NCBI RefSeq assembly: GCF_009831105.1
Contig: NZ_WUUQ01000002.1
Span: 480,001-512,000, forward strand
Length of the DNA: 32,000 nucleotides
Direction: 5' to 3'
Origin: Copranaerobaculum intestinale
GTDB taxonomy: Bacteria > Bacillota_I > Bacilli_A > Erysipelotrichales > Erysipelotrichaceae
Shown: piece after piece, positions 16,484 through 23,946 of the stretch
Numbering within the stretch: the first letter of the stretch is position 1
Layout of the letters: each line of letters begins with the position of its first letter
Program-made: the position numbers and the translations under genes
Notes under the pieces: generated by a model
What the model was told of the DNA's origin: nothing
Database searches by the model: none
Seen by the model: only the letters and a program-made list of their open reading frames with translations

Positions 16484-16619
16484 ATAAAATCCGCCTCTCT
16501 ACTATCACTCATATTATACATGCTTTTTGCAAAATGTGAGACAAAATCGACTTAAAGCATTAAGATTCCAAGTATTTGTAAATATATGAAAAAGACATGG
16601 TACATGACATAGAATCGTT

Positions 16620-17366
16620 TTAAAAGGAAGCCGGTATTTCCTCATCATGGTGCCAAAGGGCAACTTGTGCTTCATTATGCAGGCTCAACAAAAAATTATA
16701 ACGAGCCATTGGATATTTTTCGTAGAGCTCTTTCAACATATCTTTCATTTCCTGCCGCTCGGTGTACCCGTCATTGGGACAGGTAGATTTCACAAAGGGA
16801 ATCTGATTTACCTGCTGAGCCGTTAGGATATTTTCTTCATAACAGTACAAGAGCGGTCGGATAAAGGTGATGTTTTCACGGGTTAGATACATTTTCGGAG
16901 CGAAGGTTGCGATCCGTCCGCCATGGATCATATTCATGAACAGGGTCTCAACCGCATCGTTGCTGTGGTGGCCAAAGGCAACCTTTGTACAGTTCAGGGC
17001 TTTGGCTTCCTGTACCACTGCGCCTTTTTTCAGGGTTGAACATAAGGAGCAGGGGAGCTTATCATCCTTTTGATGAAGTTTCAGGATGCTGTATATTTTA
17101 CTGTCAAACATGTGAAATTCGATACCCATTTGTTTTGTGTAAGCTTTAATTTCATCGAAATTCATATTCGGGAAACCCATTTTGATATGAATGCCGACCA
17201 CTTGAAAGTTCTTGTGCTGAAATTTGCTGTACATATGCAGCGCAACGAGCAGCACCATGCTGTCCTTGCCGCCGGAAACACCTACTGCTATGCGGTCACC
17301 ATCTTCGATCAGCCGATAATCGCGATCCGCATTCCGAATATCTGCCAGCACCGTTTTTAAATCCAT
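16620..17366 (-). CDS. PP-loop ATPase, TtcA-like tRNA 2-thiocytidine / tRNA thiolation enzyme
   Basis: It has the SGGKDS PP-loop and the Cys motifs PCSLCS and STCPNDG. SD AAAGGGG lies upstream of ATG 17366. Confidence 0.8.
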   Translation of the reverse strand: MDLKTVLADIRNADRDYRLIEDGDRIAVGVSGGKDSMVLLVALHMYSKFQHKNFQVVGIHIKMGFPNMNFDEIKAYTKQMGIEFHMFDSKIYSILKLHQKDDKLPCSLCSTLKKGAVVQEAKALNCTKVAFGHHSNDAVETLFMNMIHGGRIATFAPKMYLTRENITFIRPLLYCYEENILTAQQVNQIPFVKSTCPNDGYTERQEMKDMLKELYEKYPMARYNFLLSLHNEAQVALWHHDEEIPASF

Positions 17367-17455
17367 AACACCGCCCCTTTTCTATCGGCCTATTATATCA
17401 TGAATCAAGAAACAAAAGAAACCGTAATCTCCCATGATTTCCGATTTTGTTGCGT

Positions 17456-17484
17456 TTGTTTTGCACCCTGAAGCATGGTATAAT
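17456..17484 (+). promoter_or_regulatory. Promoter TTGTTT-17-TGgTATAAT for truB operon
   Basis: TTGTTT at 17456-17461, TG at 17476-17477, TATAAT at 17479-17484. The SD GAGGTGA and ATG 17510 lie downstream. Confidence 0.5.
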
Positions 17485-17509
17485 AACAAGTACTGATTGA
17501 GGTGAATAC

Positions 17510-18340
17510 ATGGATGGAATTTTACTGGTGAAGAAGGAAGCGGGAATGACTTCGCATGACGTTGTCGATCACCTTCGCCGGATCTTACATATGAAAAAAA
17601 TCGGTCATACGGGAACGCTGGATCCGGAAGCAACCGGTGTTTTAATGGTGTTGGTGGGAAAGGCATGTAAAGCTTTGCCGTATTTAGGCATGCAGGACAA
17701 ACGTTATGTGGCCACGATGGAGCTTGGATACAGCACAGAAACAGAAGATATTTGGGGGGCGAAGGTTGCTGAACAAGCAATTCTTCCCATCGCTGATTTT
17801 GCGGGGCTGCTGAAGCGTTTTGTCGGCCGCCAGCAGCAGATACCGCCGATGTACAGCAGTATTAAGGTCAATGGCCGCAAGCTGTATGAATATGCCCGCA
17901 AAGGTGAATATGTAGAGCGGAAGCCTCGGGATATTGAAATTTTTGACATAAAGATGCTGGATGAAAATAAACTATGTTTTGAAGTCGCATGCTCCAGCGG
18001 AACTTATATCCGTACATTGTGCACTGATATTGCGGCAGCCAGTGGAAATTTGGGGGTGATGAGCTCTTTGGTGCGTACCGCCATCGGACCGTTCACGCTG
18101 GATATGTGTGCGACACTGGATGAGATCAAAGCCGGCAGATTTACCCTGCATTCGTTATTAAAAGCATTGTCTCATTATGAAATTCTACAGCGGCCGATGG
18201 ATAGGGATGTGTTAAATGGCCGTCGAATCGTTCTAGATACCACAGCTGATGAAGTGCTGATTGCGGATGGCGATCTTGCGGTTGCGATTTATCAGCGGGA
18301 GAGTGGAAATCAGTTTCGCTGTGTAAGAGGTCTATGGTAA
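17510..18340 (+). CDS. truB: tRNA pseudouridine(55) synthase
   Basis: GMTSHDVV and GHTGTLDPEATGVL (catalytic Asp motif) are present, with a PUA-less short form typical of Firmicutes. Confidence 0.93.
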   Translation: MDGILLVKKEAGMTSHDVVDHLRRILHMKKIGHTGTLDPEATGVLMVLVGKACKALPYLGMQDKRYVATMELGYSTETEDIWGAKVAEQAILPIADFAGLLKRFVGRQQQIPPMYSSIKVNGRKLYEYARKGEYVERKPRDIEIFDIKMLDENKLCFEVACSSGTYIRTLCTDIAAASGNLGVMSSLVRTAIGPFTLDMCATLDEIKAGRFTLHSLLKALSHYEILQRPMDRDVLNGRRIVLDTTADEVLIADGDLAVAIYQRESGNQFRCVRGLW

Positions 18341-19263
18341 TGAGAATCGAGACAATCTATATGCGCTCACCGATTTTGACGATTGGAAAGTTCACAGCAT
18401 GTATCGGATATTTTGATGGAATTCACCGTGGTCACCAACGACTGTTGAAGCAGGTATTGGCTATCAGTAAACAGGATGGCAGCATACCGGCAATGATCAC
18501 CTTTGATCCTGATCCGTGGACGGTTTTGAAGCACGCTGCGGATTTGACCCATCTGACCATGATAGAAGATCGGGTACGCATTGCCGAATCCTTTGGAATC
18601 GAATGTATGGTGATCCTGCATTTCGATGAAGCCATGGCTGACTGTGAAGTGTCCCAATTTCACGATATGCTGAAAGCGATGGGGGTATCCACGCTGGTAT
18701 GCGGCTTTGATTTTCATTATGCGAAATATGGTCAGGGCAATATCAATACATTACTTTCACAATCTCTGTTTCAGGTTTCCGTTTGTGAACCGGTAATGGA
18801 CGGTATGCGAAAAATCAGTTCATCACAGATCGAGGAGTTAATTCAAAACGGTCAGATTTCGCATGCAAATGAACTTCTCGGCTATGCTTATTCAATCCAT
18901 GGTATCGTTGTTCAGGGCAATCAGGTAGGGCGGACAATCGGATTTCCGACTGCAAACATCGCTTTGCAGGATCCTTATGTCCTGCCTAAATCAGGGGTGT
19001 ATGCCGCAATGGCAGCAGTCGATAACCAAACGTATCGCTGTATGGTCAATATCGGCCATAATCCTACTTTTAATGAACGGCGTAAGCTTTCCGTTGAGGC
19101 ACATCTGTTAAATTTCCACGGAGATCTTTACGGATTGGATCTGAGATTGGAATTCTGCTGCTATCTGCGCGAGGAACAAAAATTCAAGGATAAGGCAGCG
19201 CTTGTCTGCCAGCTTCATAAAGATATTCAGGCCGTGGCAGCCTGCTTAGATGAAGGAGAATAA
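18340..19263 (+). CDS. ribF: Bifunctional riboflavin kinase / FMN adenylyltransferase
   Basis: GYFDGIHRGHQ, GFPTANI and the C-terminal kinase domain are present. The start is ATG 18340 (TAATG overlap with truB, 9 nt from AAGAGG). ATG 18334 is an alternative. Confidence 0.92.
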   Translation: MRIETIYMRSPILTIGKFTACIGYFDGIHRGHQRLLKQVLAISKQDGSIPAMITFDPDPWTVLKHAADLTHLTMIEDRVRIAESFGIECMVILHFDEAMADCEVSQFHDMLKAMGVSTLVCGFDFHYAKYGQGNINTLLSQSLFQVSVCEPVMDGMRKISSSQIEELIQNGQISHANELLGYAYSIHGIVVQGNQVGRTIGFPTANIALQDPYVLPKSGVYAAMAAVDNQTYRCMVNIGHNPTFNERRKLSVEAHLLNFHGDLYGLDLRLEFCCYLREEQKFKDKAALVCQLHKDIQAVAACLDEGE

Positions 19264-19266
19264 CAT

Positions 19267-20640
19267 ATGCGGTTAAAAGTATTTGATGTCATTGATGACA
19301 CCTTGTCACTGTTGGATAAGAACCAGGAACATTATCAGGATATCCGCAGAGAGGTTAAGGCCTATTTCAATCATATTTTTGAAGAGGACAATGAACGGAT
19401 CGTCGATATCAATTCTCGGATCAAGACCAAGGAAAGCCTGCGGGAAAAAATTATTCGCAATCGTTTCTATATAAATTATGAAACTCCGCAGGAGATCTTG
19501 GATCATCTCAGTGATTTGATCGGTTTTATCATTGAATGCCGGTTTATCGAGGAGGAATATCTGATCTTGAAGCAGCTGCGTTTATTTTTCAACAATCGAA
19601 AGGAAGCGGATGGTTATTACTATAATGATCTTAATCCTCGAGTATTTCTGGATGTTGCATCTCAGCAGCCTCAGGTGCAAAAAAATGGTTTTGCGATTTA
19701 TCGGATCGACGGTTATTACTTAGGAGAGCGCGGCCCGATTAACTTTGAGCTGCAGATCAAGGCGCTGGTGCATTCCTTTTGGGGAGAAATCGAGCACAAG
19801 CTTGTGTATAAGAATACAAATTACTATGTGTACGATGACTTTATGAAGGATATTCTGGCATCTATCAAGGCCAATCTGACGATCTTGGATCGGCAGCTGA
19901 ATATCGTCTATGACCAGATGCAGGATATGTCGAAGAATGATGTCAGTATTTCTGAAACCGGTTTTGAGAAATTGATTACCAAAGCGATCAACGATCTGTT
20001 TTTGATGAAGATGAATGAATCGATCGGCTTCACCCTCAATATTAAAAATACCAGCGCGATACTGGGTCATTATATCTTTATCAAAGATATCCGCTATGAC
20101 GGAGGCAATAATGATCGTATCTCGAAGCTGTTTAAGACCTTTAAAAAGCTAAACAGCGTTCAGATTGATTTTGAAAATGCCGTGGTGCTGGATGATTCTT
20201 TCCAATCGCCGGATATTTTCATTCATATTCTCGGTAATTATCTGCTGAGCGTTATCAACAGCGATTATGACTGGTTTGTGTTCTTCAAGATGCTGTTTGT
20301 TATTGAACCGGGTAACAATATGGAAGATTTCTCACTATTTTTAAACGTGATCAAGAATTATTTGGTCGATAATTATTGGCTGAATACCAGTTTCTTAAAG
20401 CTGCCGCTTGACGAGGGACAGCTGGTACATGAGGAGTGTGCAAAAATCCTAGCGCAGTCCCTTGTGGAAATTGGAACGATCAAAATCATTCACGACGATA
20501 AAATGATTCAGATCAATAAGGCATTTGTGAAATTTATCGAAGAATTGGAGACCCGTGTAATCTCCTATGATGACTTTATGCACTATCAGCAGGCTTACTA
20601 TGAAGACTGGCTGAAGCAGCTTCGGATTATTATGAAATAA
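19267..20640 (+). CDS. RelA/SpoT (small alarmone synthetase-like) nucleotidyltransferase domain protein with an uncharacterised ~265-aa C-terminal domain
   Basis: GAAGGAG SD, with the start 3 nt after the ribF stop. The ordered motifs are SRIKTKESLREKI, DLIGFIIECRF, GFAIYRIDG and FELQIKALVHSFWGEIEHKLVYK. The C-terminal half has no motif I recognise. Confidence 0.8.
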   Translation: MRLKVFDVIDDTLSLLDKNQEHYQDIRREVKAYFNHIFEEDNERIVDINSRIKTKESLREKIIRNRFYINYETPQEILDHLSDLIGFIIECRFIEEEYLILKQLRLFFNNRKEADGYYYNDLNPRVFLDVASQQPQVQKNGFAIYRIDGYYLGERGPINFELQIKALVHSFWGEIEHKLVYKNTNYYVYDDFMKDILASIKANLTILDRQLNIVYDQMQDMSKNDVSISETGFEKLITKAINDLFLMKMNESIGFTLNIKNTSAILGHYIFIKDIRYDGGNNDRISKLFKTFKKLNSVQIDFENAVVLDDSFQSPDIFIHILGNYLLSVINSDYDWFVFFKMLFVIEPGNNMEDFSLFLNVIKNYLVDNYWLNTSFLKLPLDEGQLVHEECAKILAQSLVEIGTIKIIHDDKMIQINKAFVKFIEELETRVISYDDFMHYQQAYYEDWLKQLRIIMK

Positions 20641-20652
20641 CAGGTATGAACC

Positions 20653-20697
20653 ATATCCTCCCAGCATACAGTGAAGTAGGCAAGGAGGATATTTTTG
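20653..20697 (+). terminator. Terminator-like hairpin whose 3' arm contains the SD of the next gene
   Basis: ATATCCTCC (20653-20661) pairs perfectly with GGAGGATAT (20684-20692) across a 22-nt loop, followed by TTTT. AAGGAGG at 20682-20688 is the SD for ATG 20699. Confidence 0.55.
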
Positions 20698-20698
20698 T

Positions 20699-21169
20699 AT
20701 GAATAAGCAAGCACTCGCCTTTCTGACCCTGTTTTCTTTGATTCTGATGTTGTCGGTATACTATGTGACGCTGCCGGCTGATACGACAACGGTCATGAAA
20801 AATAATAAGACCAGTCAGAAAGCAGAAACCAAAAACAATGCAGATGAATTAAAAAAGAAATCGGATGAGAAAAAAGATAAGGAAATCAACAGTAATTCCG
20901 ATGTGGTTTCTTCACCGGATACATCCGAACAGGAAAAGCAGGAAGCACTTAAAAAGATCGAAAGTCTGAAGGATACCAAAGAGATTGAACAGGCATTGAT
21001 CGACGGCTTGAAAAAAGCGGGTTATACATCAGCGGTGGAGATCAGTGACAATACGTGCAAGGTAACGGTTTTTGATCAAAAGAATGATAAAGAAACCGCT
21101 AAAAAAGTCATGCAGTATGTGTACGATGTGACAAAGGGAAAATATTTGACAGAAGTATCGTTTAAATGA
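20699..21169 (+). CDS. spoIIIAH: SpoIIIAH-like protein (N-terminal TM, Lys/Glu-rich linker, YscJ/FliF-like C-domain)
   Basis: The N-terminus LTLFSLILMLSVYYV resembles B. subtilis SpoIIIAH (LSVYY). The C-terminus EQALIDGLKKAGYTSAVEISDNTCKVTVFDQKNDKETAKKVMQYV resembles the SpoIIIAH ring domain. It sits just upstream of asp23-nusB, as in Bacillus. Confidence 0.7.
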   Translation: MNKQALAFLTLFSLILMLSVYYVTLPADTTTVMKNNKTSQKAETKNNADELKKKSDEKKDKEINSNSDVVSSPDTSEQEKQEALKKIESLKDTKEIEQALIDGLKKAGYTSAVEISDNTCKVTVFDQKNDKETAKKVMQYVYDVTKGKYLTEVSFK

Positions 21170-21217
21170 TGCAATGGCTGAAAAAGTCTGTTATAATAGC
21201 AATAGAAGGTGATAATC

Positions 21218-21547
21218 ATGGCACAGGAATATATTGCATTAAAACAGCGTAATGAAATTGGTTTAATTGCGATCAATAAATCAGTTTTTCAGACGATTGC
21301 GAAAATCGCAGTAGAAGAGGATGAGCATGTGGTGCTGCACGATGCTACACCATTTAAATATCCGATCGGCTGTAAGGTAGTCAATGATCAGTTGATTCTA
21401 ACATTGGAGATCAAGGTGGACTATAAGGTGAATGTCAATGAGACATGCAGCCGTCTGCAGACGAAGATTTATGAAAGCATTGAACATATGAGTGACTATG
21501 CACCGGATGTTATTGATATCCGTGTCATTGGCTTCTTATTTGAATAG
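21218..21547 (+). CDS. Asp23/Gls24 family envelope stress protein (YqhY-like)
   Basis: ATG 21218 follows GAAGGTGA. GLIAINKSVFQTIAKIAVEE...VNVNETCSRLQTKIYESIEHMSD...IDIRVIG is typical of the Asp23 family. Confidence 0.85.
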   Translation: MAQEYIALKQRNEIGLIAINKSVFQTIAKIAVEEDEHVVLHDATPFKYPIGCKVVNDQLILTLEIKVDYKVNVNETCSRLQTKIYESIEHMSDYAPDVIDIRVIGFLFE

Positions 21548-21552
21548 AGAAG

Positions 21553-21578
21553 AAAACGTTCGGAAAGGAACGTTTTTT
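21553..21578 (+). terminator. Rho-independent terminator
   Basis: 9-bp perfect stem AAAACGTTC / GAACGTTTT, loop GGAAAG, T6 tail. Confidence 0.8.
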
Positions 21579-21617
21579 CATATCAGAGGTACCGGCGTGG
21601 ATTTGCCGGATAGAAAT

Positions 21618-21626
21618 TGGTATAAT
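21618..21626 (+). promoter_or_regulatory. Extended -10 element TGgTATAAT upstream of the aminopeptidase gene
   Basis: TG at 21618-21619 and TATAAT at 21621-21626. The SD AGGAGG (21635-21640) and ATG 21649 lie downstream. Confidence 0.45.
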
Positions 21627-21648
21627 ACAACAATAGGAGGAAGTATCT

Positions 21649-22953
21649 ATGGATCAAACAATTCAATCATTGTTTCAATTTATCAAAAATAGTCCCAGCT
21701 GCTTTCATGCGGCTATGTCAATGGCAAAGCAGTTGGAAGCAGCCGGTTATCATGAATTAAAGGAATATGACAGCTGGAGGCTGCAGCCGGGCGGCCGGTA
21801 TTACATGGAGCGAAATCAGTCCAGTATTGTGGCGTTTCAGCTTCCGATGCAGGAAGCAACCCATTTTCAGATTACTGCCAGTCACAGTGATTCGCCTTCT
21901 TTCAAGCTGAAGCCGAAAGCAGAGATGGATGTATATGGTACCTATATAAAGCTGAATGTAGAAGGATATGGAGGCATGCTTTGTTCCACCTGGTTTGATC
22001 GGCCGCTGGCAATTGCCGGACGGGCAGTTATCAAGACGAAGCAGGGGATTGTAAGCCGGCTCGTTCATATCGATGAGGATCTGGTATTGATTCCCAATGT
22101 AGCGATTCATATGAACCGTAATGCCAATTCCAATATCAGCTATAATATACAAAATGATCTGTTACCGTTGTATGCGATGAAGCAGGAAGATGATGTAATG
22201 GATGTGATTGCGGCGGCCGCCGGATGTGATAAGACCGCTGTCATCAATACGGAGCTGTTCTTATACAATCGTCAGCAGGGCAGCGTTTGGGGGGCTCACA
22301 AAGAATTTATCAGTGCGCCGCAGCTGGATGATCTGGAATGTGCCTTTACCGCTTTGCAGGGATTTTTGCAGGCTAAGGCAGAACATTCAGCAGTCAATAT
22401 ATTCTGCTGCTTCGATAATGAAGAGGTGGGAAGCGGTACAAAGCAGGGAGCGGACTCTACCATGCTTCATGATGTGTTAGCACGGATTGCGGATGGTATG
22501 GGGATGGAAGCCGGCAAGCTGCCGCAAATGATCGCACGGTCGATCATGCTGTCAGCGGATAATGCACATAGCCTGCATCCTAATCACAGTGAACTGCATG
22601 ATCCAAGCAATCCGATCTTTATGAACCGCGGTATTGTAATTAAGCACAGTGCCCGTCAGAGCTATACAACCGATGCCCTAAGCGCAGCTGTTTTTAAAGC
22701 GCTCTGTGAAAAAGTAAACGTACCGGTGCAGGAATTTGTAAACCGCAGCGATATTCCCGGCGGCGGCACCCTGGGCAGTATTTCGGCCTCCCATGTATCC
22801 ATTTTGAGCTGTGATATCGGTTTGGCTCAGCTGGCAATGCATTCCGCATATGAAACTGCCGGGGTGCAGGATGTCCAGGATATGATCAAGGTGATGCGAT
22901 GCTTCTATGAAACAAACATTGATCTGCGCGGTGACGCGATCAAGCTGAGATAG
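21649..22953 (+). CDS. M18 family aminopeptidase
   Basis: 434 aa. FIKNSPSCFHA at the N-terminus, HSDSPSFKLKP, FDNEEVGS and SADNAHSLHPN are characteristic M18 (aspartyl aminopeptidase-like) metal-ligand motifs. Confidence 0.88.
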   Translation: MDQTIQSLFQFIKNSPSCFHAAMSMAKQLEAAGYHELKEYDSWRLQPGGRYYMERNQSSIVAFQLPMQEATHFQITASHSDSPSFKLKPKAEMDVYGTYIKLNVEGYGGMLCSTWFDRPLAIAGRAVIKTKQGIVSRLVHIDEDLVLIPNVAIHMNRNANSNISYNIQNDLLPLYAMKQEDDVMDVIAAAAGCDKTAVINTELFLYNRQQGSVWGAHKEFISAPQLDDLECAFTALQGFLQAKAEHSAVNIFCCFDNEEVGSGTKQGADSTMLHDVLARIADGMGMEAGKLPQMIARSIMLSADNAHSLHPNHSELHDPSNPIFMNRGIVIKHSARQSYTTDALSAAVFKALCEKVNVPVQEFVNRSDIPGGGTLGSISASHVSILSCDIGLAQLAMHSAYETAGVQDVQDMIKVMRCFYETNIDLRGDAIKLR

Positions 22954-22958
22954 CTGTT

Positions 22959-23858
22959 ATGCCGAAAACCTTGAATGATTGTCTGGTGATCGCAATATCT
23001 TCGCGGGCGCTGTTTGATATGAGCGAACCCAACCGCATTTACGAAGAAGAAGGTTTGACTGCTTACAGCAAATATCAGATTGAACACGAATCGGATGTTT
23101 TAAAACCCGGATCGGGATTTCCGCTTGTGCAAGCCTTGTTGAAGCTAAATGAGCTGATCCCGCAAAAACGGCTTGTTGAAGTAGTGATCATGTCGCATAA
23201 CAGTGCCGATACCTCTTTGCGCATCTTTAATTCCATCGCTCATTACGGTTTGGATATCTCCCGTGCGGTGCTCAGCGGCGGATCATCAATATCTACTTAT
23301 CTGGAAGCATTTCAGGCAGATCTGTTTTTGTCCGCTTTTGAAGCGGATGTCAACATGGCGATCAACAGCAATATTGCGGCCGGATTAATCTACACCGATC
23401 CGATTCGCTCTATGGATCAACCGATTGATCAGATCCGCATCGCATTTGACGGAGACGCTGTGCTGTTCTCGGATGAATCCGAACGCATCTATCAGGAAAA
23501 AGGATTGGAGGCGTTTGTTCGCAATGAGCAGGAAAAGGCTCAAAAGCCTTTGCCGGAAGGACCTTTTGCGAAATTTTTAAAAACTATATCAGCCCTGCAG
23601 GAGCAATTCGATCAAGATGCGTCACCGATCCGTACGGCTCTGGTAACCGCCCGCAGTGCTCCGGCACATGAACGGGTGATCAAAACTTTACGGGCATGGA
23701 ATGTCCGTATCGATGAAGCGTTTTTTCTCGGCGGTTTACGAAAACAGGATGTTTTACAGGCCTTTAAACCGCATATTTTCTTTGACGATCAGGCAGTGCA
23801 TGCCGATCCTGCCAGTAAAGTGGTACCCAGTGCCAGAGTACCTTATAAGAATTCATGA
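22959..23858 (+). CDS. 5'-nucleotidase (cN-IA-like bacterial 5-nucleotidase family)
   Basis: LVIAISSRALFDMSE...YEEEG...Y..YQIEHE and the IAFDGDAVLFSDESE motif (HAD-like DxDxV) match my recollection of this family. Confidence 0.65.
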   Translation: MPKTLNDCLVIAISSRALFDMSEPNRIYEEEGLTAYSKYQIEHESDVLKPGSGFPLVQALLKLNELIPQKRLVEVVIMSHNSADTSLRIFNSIAHYGLDISRAVLSGGSSISTYLEAFQADLFLSAFEADVNMAINSNIAAGLIYTDPIRSMDQPIDQIRIAFDGDAVLFSDESERIYQEKGLEAFVRNEQEKAQKPLPEGPFAKFLKTISALQEQFDQDASPIRTALVTARSAPAHERVIKTLRAWNVRIDEAFFLGGLRKQDVLQAFKPHIFFDDQAVHADPASKVVPSARVPYKNS

Positions 23859-23885
23859 TCTCATGAATTCTTTTCTTTTTCTTTT
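23847..23885 (+). terminator. Rho-independent terminator overlapping the stop codon
   Basis: 12-bp palindrome AAGAATTCATGA / TCATGAATTCTT (23847-23858 / 23861-23872) followed by TTCTTTTTCTTTT. Confidence 0.7.
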
Positions 23886-23946
23886 AAAACTTTTCTCAGA
23901 ATCCTAAAAGCTTTTTGATATACTGATTGGGGAATGAGGAGATATT

